NCBI GenBank assembly: GCA_965208755.1
Contig: OZ242353.1
Span: 1,045,590-1,109,589, forward strand
Direction: 5' to 3'
Length of the DNA: 64,000 bases
From: Candidatus Multivorans sp.
Lineage (GTDB): Bacteria > Acidobacteriota > Thermoanaerobaculia > Multivoradales > Multivoraceae
Under the pieces are notes generated by a model. It was not told the DNA's origin, made no database searches, and was given only the letters and a program-made list of their open reading frames with translations. How positions within the stretch are numbered: the stretch's first letter is position 1; each line of letters begins with the position of its first letter. Made by a program: the position numbers and the translations under genes. Shown here in pieces: positions 9,542 to 19,000 of this stretch.

Positions 9542-12500
9542 CTACTCCCGACAACCGTCCGGGAACGCCCGAGCGTCCACGATCGCCGGCGCGGAGCGGC
9601 CCGGTTCGTTCCGGTACTCCCGCTCCTCGCCCGTCACCGTGTCCCTCACCGAAATCACGTAACCGAGGTCCGTCGTCGAAGCGCCCAGCACCCAGACGCG
9701 GCCGTTCTGGACACAGCCGTCCAGCACCTTCAGCACCACTTCCCAATTGCGCCGGTCGAAGAACGAGAACAGACCCGAGGAGTTCGTCCCGGCGTGAATC
9801 ACCGTCCCGGCGCCGCTCCCGCCGTCTGCCCCGAACCACCTGACGCGCACCGCGTAGCGGGAGTCCCGGAGGCAACGGGTTTCCGCGTCCGCTTCGCAGC
9901 TCCCCGCCGGCGAAGCCGCCTCCACCAGGAACATCCGCGAGTCACTCGACTCCTCCCGGCCGTCGCTCACCCACAGGCCGACCTCGTAGAAGCCGGGCTC
10001 GGTCCAGGCGTGCTCCGTCGAACGCGAACGCGACGTCGACCCGTCGCCGAAGTCCCAGACCCGGCGCCGGACGCCGCCCGTGCCCGCGTCCTCGAAGCGG
10101 ACCGGAACCCCCGTCCGGGCACGGCACAACTCCGCGGAGCACTCCGCCTCCAGCGCTATCGACGCGCGAGGCGGCCCGGCGGGAACGGCGCCGCCGGAGG
10201 AATCCGTATCGCCGCCGGAGTCGTCGTCCTCGTCCGATGAGTCCCCGCCGCCACCGCCCGAGCCGCCGCCGCCCGAGCCGCCGCCGCCCGAGCCGCCGCC
10301 GCCACCGCCCACGTCGTCCTCGCCGGCAGTTCCCGACCGCACCGAAACCGTCACCCGGTCCTCGCCGTACAAACCCCGCGCGTCCGTCACGCGCAGCCTG
10401 AACGTCAGGGTCACCGTTGCGCTCAGCCCGTCCGGCGCCTGGAACGTCGTCGACGGCGACGCGGGCGAGGCAAGGGCGACCGAAGGCCCGCCGATCTGCC
10501 TCCAGGAGTAGCTCAGCGAATCGCCCGCATCCGGATCTTCGCCCTGTCCGCGGAGGGTCACGGCGGCGCCCTCCCGGACTCCCGTCAGGTCGTCTCCCGC
10601 CTCCGCCGTCGGCGGCTCGTTGCGGTTGGCCAGCGCCACCGTGATCGCCTCGCTACGGCTGAACCTGCCGTCGCTCACCCGCACCGCCACCCGGTAGACG
10701 CCGTCCCCGTCGGCATCGTCGGGCGCTTCGTAGTCCTTCGCCGACACGAACCTCAGCGCACCGGCCGAAGTGATCCTGAACATGCCTCGATCCACTCCTC
10801 CGGCCCCGCCCTCGGGGATCGACCAGACCAGGTCGTCCGACGATGTCCGATCGTCCTCGGCCGCCAAGGTTGCGACCGCGACAACGCCCTCGGTCACCGT
10901 GAACGCCGCGGGGCTCCTGATCGTGGGCGCCCCGGAGTTCCTCTCGACGAGAACGGAGACCGTGTCCGTGGCCGTAGCGCCCCCGTCGTCCTCGACCGTC
11001 AGCACGAACTCGAGCGCCCGGGGCGTCGCCGGCGCCACGAAACGCACCCTTCCCGGGCCGGCGTTCTCAAGAGGCACGGGTTCGCCCTCGGACTGCCTCC
11101 AGACATGGCGGACGATCGTCCCGTCCTCGTCCGTCGAGCCCGAACCGTCCAAGGTCACGGCCTCGCCCGTCAAGAAGGTCCCGCCGCCTCCGGCGTCGGC
11201 CTCGGGCGCCGAGTTTGCAACCCGCGATCGGCCATCGAAGCTCCCGACCTTCAACTTCACCATCGCGGCCGTGGGGCCGGCGACCGCCACGCCCTCCGGC
11301 AGAGTGCCGAATCTCACCTCCAGATCTTCGCCTTCGCCCGTCACCGAACCTTCGGCCGCCGAGAACGTGAAACCGGTCGTCCCGCCGTCACGCGGAAACA
11401 CCAGCTTGTCCGGGACACCGGCGTTGTCGGGGCTCCTGGACAACCGTTCGTAGGCGACGAGCGGCACTTCGACGCCGCCCGCCGCGCCCCGGCCCCGAAT
11501 TCGCGCCGCCACCTCCACCGACGCTCCTCCCGCGACGGTGTATTCCCGTTCCAGGAAAGCGACCGCCGCCGCCGTCGCGCCGCTCTGATGGACCGTCCCG
11601 GTCGCCGTATCCAGAACGACCCCGTCGGCGTCCGTCAGCGTCAGACGAAACGACTCGGTCCGTTCCTCCAGGGAGTCGTGGACCAGCGGCACGGCCAGGC
11701 GCCTCTCCCGGTCTCCCGTCAGAAACGTCAGGGATCCGGCCACGCCGCGATAGTCCTCGCCGTCCGTCGCCGTCACGTCCTCGGTGCTGAAGTACACCGT
11801 GGCCGGTGCGTCGTTCTCGGGACCCAGAACGACGTGAAAGACGGCTTCCTCCGCCGCCTCGACGGCGAAGCTGTCCGCCGCCCAGAACTTCTTCGGCGGC
11901 GCCCCTTGCCTCAGGATCCTGCAAACCTCTTTCCTTGCCTGGATCGGATGGTACCGAAGCACGACGCCGGAACTGGCGGCGGGCATTCCCACGCTGCCCA
12001 GCCGCGCATCGAGCGCCGCCCGTCCCCGGTAGACGAAGTGCAGGTTGTAGCTGGACATCAACTCGTCCTCGGAGGTCGCTCGCCCGTATTCGTAGTTGTT
12101 GCCGCGAAAATCGAACTGGGTCAGTCCGTTTCGGTTCGGCTTGAAGAAGAACTCTTTGCTCGGCGTGCTCCGGTACAATTCCTTGATGCGATCGTCCGTC
12201 CGCAGAAGCCGATAGAGAAACAGCGTGTTGCTGACACCTTCGAAATCGCCACGCCGAACGTCGCCGTAGTTGCCGCCGTGCCCGCGCCACGAGTTGAATG
12301 TGCCGTGAACCGGCGCCAGATCGTGCGCTCGCACCATCGGATGGTAGTCCCTGAAGTGGCTCCTCTGCCGGAAGACGGGATCGAAGGCCCCAAGGGAATC
12401 ATCGCAAAAGATGTCCTCGCCGAAGTCGATCTCGCCTCGCCGGTCCATGTCCATCAGGTTTCGGAAGACGACTTCTCCCTGTCGAATCGCCAGTTGACTA

Positions 12501-13174
12501 TGAAACTCCCTGACCACCGTTGCGGAGAGAACGCCCGGAGCGAAGTTCAGATATCGTCTGAGGTACGGCGTGACCTCCGAGAAGTGCAGGGGCTCCAGCC
12601 GCGGATCCGTGGACTGAATCGCGTTTCTGAGAGCCTTGACGTGAGGAGAATCCTCCGTGTACTCCCCGGTCCCGTCGGGCTCCTCCGTCCCTTCCCAGGC
12701 GTACACCGTGCCGAACAGCGGCTTTCCTACGGTTCCGTGGCACGTCCCGCACTCGCTCGGACTCGTTCGCACGACCTGATCGGCGGAAAAGTCGATGACT
12801 CCCGGAGTCCATCCGGTTTCGTGCCGCTCGAGAAACTCGACGGACTCATGGTGGGTCGCCTCCGGATCCGTGGACCAACTGAGGATGAAACGGGCGTCGG
12901 CCCCCCAGGAAACGACTCTGGGGTGCTCCCCGGAGACATGCTCGACATCGAGAGCTTCCGACCGGAAAACGAGGAGAAAGTGCTTCTTGTACAGGTCGGG
13001 GAGGGCGTCGATGAAGGCCTCCACCGTGGCTATGGAATGCTCAGCGATGAACTCCATGGCCGCCTCGCCGGACAGAATCTCCGGCATCGTCTCGGCATGA
13101 GCGCGAGGCGAAACGCAAGTCGGCAGAACGACGAGAAAGGCAAGCCGCGCTGCACTCTCAAGTTTCCCGAACAT
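9542..13174 (-). CDS. Secreted CxxCH-domain protein with Calx-beta, PKD/Ig-like and cadherin domains and the shared C-terminal module
   Basis: Signal peptide (AHA-E), ECGTCHG, Calx-beta (TATDGEDY...LTF...DSLEERTESF), cadherin (DYEAPDDADGDGVY), Gly linker, conserved tail. Confidence 0.92.
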   Translation of the reverse strand: MFGKLESAARLAFLVVLPTCVSPRAHAETMPEILSGEAAMEFIAEHSIATVEAFIDALPDLYKKHFLLVFRSEALDVEHVSGEHPRVVSWGADARFILSWSTDPEATHHESVEFLERHETGWTPGVIDFSADQVVRTSPSECGTCHGTVGKPLFGTVYAWEGTEEPDGTGEYTEDSPHVKALRNAIQSTDPRLEPLHFSEVTPYLRRYLNFAPGVLSATVVREFHSQLAIRQGEVVFRNLMDMDRRGEIDFGEDIFCDDSLGAFDPVFRQRSHFRDYHPMVRAHDLAPVHGTFNSWRGHGGNYGDVRRGDFEGVSNTLFLYRLLRTDDRIKELYRSTPSKEFFFKPNRNGLTQFDFRGNNYEYGRATSEDELMSSYNLHFVYRGRAALDARLGSVGMPAASSGVVLRYHPIQARKEVCRILRQGAPPKKFWAADSFAVEAAEEAVFHVVLGPENDAPATVYFSTEDVTATDGEDYRGVAGSLTFLTGDRERRLAVPLVHDSLEERTESFRLTLTDADGVVLDTATGTVHQSGATAAAVAFLEREYTVAGGASVEVAARIRGRGAAGGVEVPLVAYERLSRSPDNAGVPDKLVFPRDGGTTGFTFSAAEGSVTGEGEDLEVRFGTLPEGVAVAGPTAAMVKLKVGSFDGRSRVANSAPEADAGGGGTFLTGEAVTLDGSGSTDEDGTIVRHVWRQSEGEPVPLENAGPGRVRFVAPATPRALEFVLTVEDDGGATATDTVSVLVERNSGAPTIRSPAAFTVTEGVVAVATLAAEDDRTSSDDLVWSIPEGGAGGVDRGMFRITSAGALRFVSAKDYEAPDDADGDGVYRVAVRVSDGRFSRSEAITVALANRNEPPTAEAGDDLTGVREGAAVTLRGQGEDPDAGDSLSYSWRQIGGPSVALASPASPSTTFQAPDGLSATVTLTFRLRVTDARGLYGEDRVTVSVRSGTAGEDDVGGGGGGSGGGGSGGGGSGGGGGDSSDEDDDSGGDTDSSGGAVPAGPPRASIALEAECSAELCRARTGVPVRFEDAGTGGVRRRVWDFGDGSTSRSRSTEHAWTEPGFYEVGLWVSDGREESSDSRMFLVEAASPAGSCEADAETRCLRDSRYAVRVRWFGADGGSGAGTVIHAGTNSSGLFSFFDRRNWEVVLKVLDGCVQNGRVWVLGASTTDLGYVISVRDTVTGEEREYRNEPGRSAPAIVDARAFPDGCRE

Positions 13175-13263
13175 GACTACCTGACGTCACCGCGACATGG
13201 GCCCGCGGACAATCGGAAGAGTGGAAATGTGAATCAGCCTAATCCCTGGAACGCGATCTGTCG

Positions 13264-13279
13264 CCTACAGAACTGTGGG
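13264..13279 (-). promoter_or_regulatory. Operator candidate CCCACAGTTCTGTAGG, with -10-like TAGGCT at 13241-13236
   Basis: Near-perfect palindrome 90 bp upstream of the 13174 ATG. Confidence 0.7.
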
Positions 13280-13319
13280 GCGCAACGAGTCGCGCCGGCG
13301 CCGCGGTCCGAAGGGGCCG

Positions 13320-16025
13320 CTAGGCCGGCGGACTCGCACACGCCCGCGGGAACGCCCGAGCGTCCACGATCGCCGGCGCGGAGCGGCCCGGTTCGTTCCG
13401 GTACTCCCGCTCCTCGCCCGTCACCGTGTCCCTCACCGAAATCACGTAACCGAGGTCCGTCGTCGAAGCGCCCAGCACCCAGACGCGGCCGTTCTGGACA
13501 CAGCCGTCCAGCACCTTCAGCACCACTTCCCAATTGCGCCGGTCGAAGAACGAGAACAGACCCGAGGAGTTCGTCCCGGCGTGAATCACCGTCCCGGCGC
13601 CGCTCCCGCCGTCTGCCCCGAACCACCTGACGCGCACCGCGTAGCGGGAGTCCCGGAGGCAACGGGTTTCCGCGTCCGCCTCGCAGCTCCCCGCCGGCGA
13701 AGCCGCCTCCACCAGGAACATCCGCGAGTCACTCGACTCCTCCCGGCCGTCGCTCACCCACAGGCCGACCTCGTAGAAGCCGGGCTCGGTCCAGGCGTGC
13801 TCCGTCGAACGCGAACGCGACGTCGACCCGTCGCCGAAGTCCCAGACCCGGCGCCGGACGCCGCCCGTGCCCGCGTCCTCGAAGCGGACCGGAACCCCCG
13901 TCCGGGCACGGCACAACTCCGCGGAGCACTCCGCCTCCAGCGCTATCGACGCGCGAGGCGGCCCGGCGGGAACGGCGCCGCCGGAGGAATCCGTATCGCC
14001 GCCGGAGTCGTCGTCCTCGTCCGATGAGTCCCCGCCGCCACCGCCCGAGCCGCCGCCGCCCGAGCCGCCGCCGCCCGAGCCGGCACCGCCGCCACCCGAG
14101 CCGCCGTCGCCTTCGCCGTCGCCTTCGCCGTCGCCTTCGCTGTCCCTTTCGCGGCCGCCTTCCTCGTCATCGACATCGGCACTCGAGACGACGACCACGA
14201 CCGACATCCGGTCGTCGTCGGACAACCCCCGCGCGTCCGCTACCCGCAAACGGAAGGACAGGGTCGCGGCCTCGCTCAGTCCGTCGGGCGCCCGGAACGT
14301 CGTCGACGGCGACGCGGCCGAGCCAAGGGAGACCGAAGGCCCGCCGAGCTGCGTCCAGGAGTAGCTCAGCGGGTCGCCCGCATCCGGGTCCTCGCCCCGC
14401 CCGTCGAGAGTCACGGTGGCGGCCTGCCGAACCTCCAGATCGTCTCCCGCCTCCGCCGTCGGCGGTTCATTGCGGTTGGCCAGCGTCACCGCGATCGCCG
14501 CCGTATCGGTCAAGACACCGTCGCTCACCCGTACCGTCGCCTCGTAGACGCCGTCGCCGTCGGCATCGTCGGGCGCCTCGTAGTCCTTGGCCGACACGAA
14601 CTCGAGAGCTCCGGCAGCGTCGATCGAGAACATCGAACCGTCCGCTCCGCCGTTTGCACCGGCCGGAATCGACCAGATCAGCGCGTACGGCGGAGTGTCC
14701 TCGTCGGTCGCCGTCAGCGTCGCCACCGCGAGGTCCCCCTCCCGCACGGAGAAATCGGTCGGACCCGCGATCTCCGGGGCCGCGGCCGGCGGCGGGCCGG
14801 CGACCGTCGCCTCGACCCTCTCGGAGAGACGCTTGCGGCCGTTTCCGCAGAACGCGGCCCTCGTGCCGCACTCTCCCCCCGCCGGCACGGCTATCGTGAC
14901 CGGATCCCGGCCGTCCGGTCGCACGGCGATCTCCCACTCGGTGTCTTCGGGGAAGTCGAGCGAGCTTGCACTCAGCACCGTGCCGCCGGACACGTCCAGC
15001 GCGGCGCCGCGAAACGCGTTCGGCCGCGCGCCGACGGTTTCGCTGAACCTGAGCCGGAACTCGAACGGCGAAAACCCGTCATGCGCTTCCGGCAGGCCGA
15101 GCAACCCGACGACCAGCGGCGCGGCCGGATGGAAAGCGTCATCCTTCGGCGCCGCGGGCTCCCTGGAGATCGACGCCTCGTACCGCTCGCCCAGTTCCAG
15201 ACCGGCCTCGGTGTGCGGCCAGTAGATCTTCTCCTCGTCCTTGAACCGCGAGCGCGAGAGGTAGTTGAAACTCGCAAGCGTCGACCGTTGTGCTTCCTTC
15301 GTCCGATAGCGGGAGCGATGGACCCGCAGCAGCCAGCCGTCGGGAAGGGGATTGTCGTGGGTGTAGAGATCCAGCGCCGTCGTGTGCTCGCCGACGTTGT
15401 CCTGCCTGCGCCCCCTGAACTGGGCGAGGATCGCGATGTGGTAGTCGAACTCGTGGTAGGTGAAGAAACGCGGGCTCAACTCGCCCAACACGCTCCCCTC
15501 GTCCGTCTCCGACCGCTTCCGCTCGTATCCCCAATAGCCGCCGGGCGGCTCGTAGGAACCGACCGTCAGGATGCCGACCCAGAACGCCGTCGCGCCGGCC
15601 CCCGGTTCCGACCATTCCCCCGCGCCAGCCGAGTTGCGGGCGCGCACCTGAATCTCGTAGTTCGTGTCGCCGGACAGACCGTCGATCTCCGCGCTCACGC
15701 CCGTCCGGGCCCGGGGGCCGTCCGTCCAGTCGACATCGCCGCTCTCGCGGTAACGAAGATCGTAGCCGGTGGCCGGAGGGCTCGACTCGGCGGCTTCGCT
15801 CCAGCTCACCGAGAGCGCGAAAAGGCCGTCCTCGTAGACGGCCGGCGGCGCCAGGCGGGCAGGCGGATCGCCGTCCGACTGCGCCCGGGCCGCGACCGGA
15901 AGCACCGCCAACGTCGCGGCCAGGCCAAGGACCGGCCCCAGAGCGCCTGGCGGCAGGCATGACGACCCCAACGGCGCCACCCCGCCGCGACGCCGCCGCG
16001 ACCGCCCGCGGCCAGACGCCGTCAG
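13320..16025 (-). CDS. Secreted Fn3/Ig-like/cadherin/PKD protein with the shared C-terminal module (start uncertain: CTG at 16025 overlapping the upstream stop, or GTG at 15980)
   Basis: Signal peptide ...LPVAARA-Q, Fn3 (GYDLRY...YEIQVRARNSAGAGEWS), cadherin; tail near-identical to that of 9542-13174. Confidence 0.85.
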   Translation of the reverse strand: MTASGRGRSRRRRGGVAPLGSSCLPPGALGPVLGLAATLAVLPVAARAQSDGDPPARLAPPAVYEDGLFALSVSWSEAAESSPPATGYDLRYRESGDVDWTDGPRARTGVSAEIDGLSGDTNYEIQVRARNSAGAGEWSEPGAGATAFWVGILTVGSYEPPGGYWGYERKRSETDEGSVLGELSPRFFTYHEFDYHIAILAQFRGRRQDNVGEHTTALDLYTHDNPLPDGWLLRVHRSRYRTKEAQRSTLASFNYLSRSRFKDEEKIYWPHTEAGLELGERYEASISREPAAPKDDAFHPAAPLVVGLLGLPEAHDGFSPFEFRLRFSETVGARPNAFRGAALDVSGGTVLSASSLDFPEDTEWEIAVRPDGRDPVTIAVPAGGECGTRAAFCGNGRKRLSERVEATVAGPPPAAAPEIAGPTDFSVREGDLAVATLTATDEDTPPYALIWSIPAGANGGADGSMFSIDAAGALEFVSAKDYEAPDDADGDGVYEATVRVSDGVLTDTAAIAVTLANRNEPPTAEAGDDLEVRQAATVTLDGRGEDPDAGDPLSYSWTQLGGPSVSLGSAASPSTTFRAPDGLSEAATLSFRLRVADARGLSDDDRMSVVVVVSSADVDDEEGGRERDSEGDGEGDGEGDGGSGGGGAGSGGGGSGGGGSGGGGGDSSDEDDDSGGDTDSSGGAVPAGPPRASIALEAECSAELCRARTGVPVRFEDAGTGGVRRRVWDFGDGSTSRSRSTEHAWTEPGFYEVGLWVSDGREESSDSRMFLVEAASPAGSCEADAETRCLRDSRYAVRVRWFGADGGSGAGTVIHAGTNSSGLFSFFDRRNWEVVLKVLDGCVQNGRVWVLGASTTDLGYVISVRDTVTGEEREYRNEPGRSAPAIVDARAFPRACASPPA

Positions 16026-19000
16026 CGGACGCACGCGGTGAACGCCCTCACGTCGGTGATCGCCGGCGCCTGCACGCCCGGCTCGTTGCGGTACTCCTTC
16101 ACCGCCCCCGTCGCCGTGTCCCTTACCCGGATCACGTAGCCCAGGTCCGTCGTCGACGCCCCGAACACCCACGCGTGGCCGTTCAGGGCGCAGCCGTCCA
16201 GCACCTTGACCAGCACCTCCCAGTTGCTCGCGCCGAAGAACTGGAACATCCCCGAGTCGTCCGTGCCCGCGTGAACCACCGTGCCGACGCCGGCGGCGGC
16301 CGCATTCCACCAGTCCACCGTGACCGCGTAGCGCGAGTCCCGGAGACAGCGGGTCCGGTCGTCCGCCACGCAGGTCCCCGCGGGCGAAGCCGCCTCGACC
16401 AGGAAGGTCAACGACGCGATCGACGCGACCGCCCCGTCCGACACCGTGAGCGTCACGTCGTAGAACCCCGGCGTCGACCAGGCGTGGCTCACGCTCGCGC
16501 CGCGCGGCCGCCGGCCGTCGCCGAAGTCCCAGAGACGCGAGCGGACGGCGCCGCCGCTGGCGTCCCGGAACGACAGCCGCGCGCCGGCGCGGACCCGGCA
16601 GAACGTCCCTTCGCATTCGGCGTCCGTCGCGATCGCGGCCCGGGGCGGCCCGCCGCCGCCACCGGTCCCGCCCCCGCCGGGAACGCCGCCGCCATCGCCG
16701 CCATCGCCGCCATCGCCGTCATCGCCGTCGTCTTCCGCCTCCCCGGGAGGCGGCCCGCCGCCGGAGGGAGGACCTCCCCCGCCGCCAACGCCTCCCCCGC
16801 CGCCGGACGGAGGACCGCCGGCACTGCCGCCGCCGTCGTTGTCGGCGATCGCGATCGTCGCGCGACCGTCCCCGGTCACCCGGGGCGGCAACGACACGAA
16901 GCTCAGCACCACCGCTTCGCCGTCATCGTCGATGATGTCGTCCGTCGCGGCCACCAGGAACTCCTGACGCCTCACGCCGGGGCCGAACGTCACGCTCCGA
17001 GGCACGCCCGAGTAGTCGGCGACCGTCGCCCCGCCGTGGTGCGCCGACTCCAGGAAGATCTCCAGAGCCCGCTCCGGGTCCTTGTCCAGCCGGACCGCCA
17101 CGTCCGTCGTGCCGCCCTCGGTCACGCCGTAGGTCGGCGATCCGAACGACACCTCGACCTCCGGATCGTCGTCGTCCCGGATCGTCCCCGGAACCTCCAG
17201 CGTCGAACCGCCCCCGGCCAGCGACGCATGCCGGGCATTGCGCAGCGTCAGCCGGAACGTCTCCTCCTCCTCCTCGTCCTCATCGTCGTCGATGACGTTC
17301 ACCGCAATCCGCCGGGAAGCCGTCGAGCCGGCGGGAAACCTCAGGGTGCCGTTCGCCGCCTCATAGTCCGAACCGGCACGAGCCGAACCGTCCGAGGTCG
17401 CGTAGTCCACCGTGATCTCCGAAACGCTCTCCTTGCTCAAGGTCACCTCGAAGGTCGCCGGGCCGCCGGCCTCCCGCGCCGCCACCGCTTCCACCGAGAG
17501 CACCGACGTGTCCGTCTCCACGATCGTCACCCGCACCGAGGCCGCCGATATGGAACCGTAGTCCGCGCCGCTCACCTGGTGGCTGATCGTCACCGGCGGC
17601 TCGGAGTTCGCGTTCGCATCCGCGGCCGCCGCCACGGTCACGACCTTCGGAACGTCCCAATCGCCGGTCGTGAACTCCAGCGACGCCGGATCCACCGACA
17701 GGTTCCGGTTCGCCGGCGCCGACGGAGTCACCGTCACCGCGCCCGAAGGCGCCGAGTCCAGCACCACCGTGTAGGTCCCCGTCGACCTCTCCTCGACCGT
17801 CAGCGCATCGCGCGAGATGGTCACCCCGCGCCGGCCCTTCACTCTCACGTCGAAGGTCTGCGTCGCCGGCACGTTCGAACCCGCGATGTCCGTCGCCGTC
17901 ACCGTGATCGTGGCCACGCCGGGCCCGACCGGCCTCAGCGTGACGAGAGAACCCGACACCGAAGCCGTCGCAACCGCCGGCGCCGAGGACGACGCGGCGT
18001 ACGTCAGTCTGTCTTCTTCCGGATCCTCGAACGCCGCCGCCACGTCGAGGACTTCCCCGCCATCTCCCACCCGCAGGTCGGGCGCCGTCAACGAACCGGC
18101 CGGCCGCGGCGCCCGGTTCTGGAGGGTCTCGACGGTCGCCGATCGGGACCAGCCGCCCCTGCCCTTGGCGTTCACGCCGCGAACCTGAACGTCGTACTTC
18201 CTCTGGTCGAGCAGACCGCTCACCGTGTAGGTGAGCGCGCCCGCCGCGGAGACGCCCTCGAACACCGTCCAGCGGTCGTCCGCCTTGTCGACCGCGTCGC
18301 TCAGGATCCAGCGCACGTCGTAGGAAGTGATCGCCGACGCCCCTGGCGACCCCGGCGCGCTCCAGAACACGGCGAGACTGCGCTGGCCGCCGTTCCCGAA
18401 CGGGATCGCCGGAGGTTGCGGCCGGGAACGGTGACCGTAGATCCTGACGCTCCAGGAGTCGAGCCGCGCCACGTTCCCCGCCACCTCGTCGGCCACCCGC
18501 AGCGTCCAGTCGCCCGCCGGATTCTCGCCCAGATGCGCCGCCGAACCGAACCGGAAGTTCCGGCCGATCCCGTAGGCGTTGCCGTTCTCGTCCCGGTGGT
18601 TTCCGGACGGCGCCAGCAAGGACACCGTGTTCGCCGGCGAAACGAGTTCCACCTTGAGGTCCCTGAAGGCGTCGGCGTCGAAATCGACGACCACCTCGAC
18701 GAACTCGACGAACTCGACCTCCGTGCCGACCGAGACCGTGCTGGTCTGCACCGCGCCGGGGGCGCCGTTGACCGCGTCGGGGATGTGGAGGTTCGGCCTC
18801 GCCTCCACCGCGTCCGTCTCGATGAAGGCCGGCACGTTCTCCCAGCCGTCCGCCAGGTTCACCGCGGCGCTCGCGTCGACGACGCCGAAGCCGTACTCGC
18901 GATTGAAGTTGTAGTTGCCGGTCGCGCCGTACCTTGCCGCGCCGGTGCGCCAGCCGCCGTTGCCGGAATCGTTCTTGCGAGCGGCGCCCGCCAGGATCAG

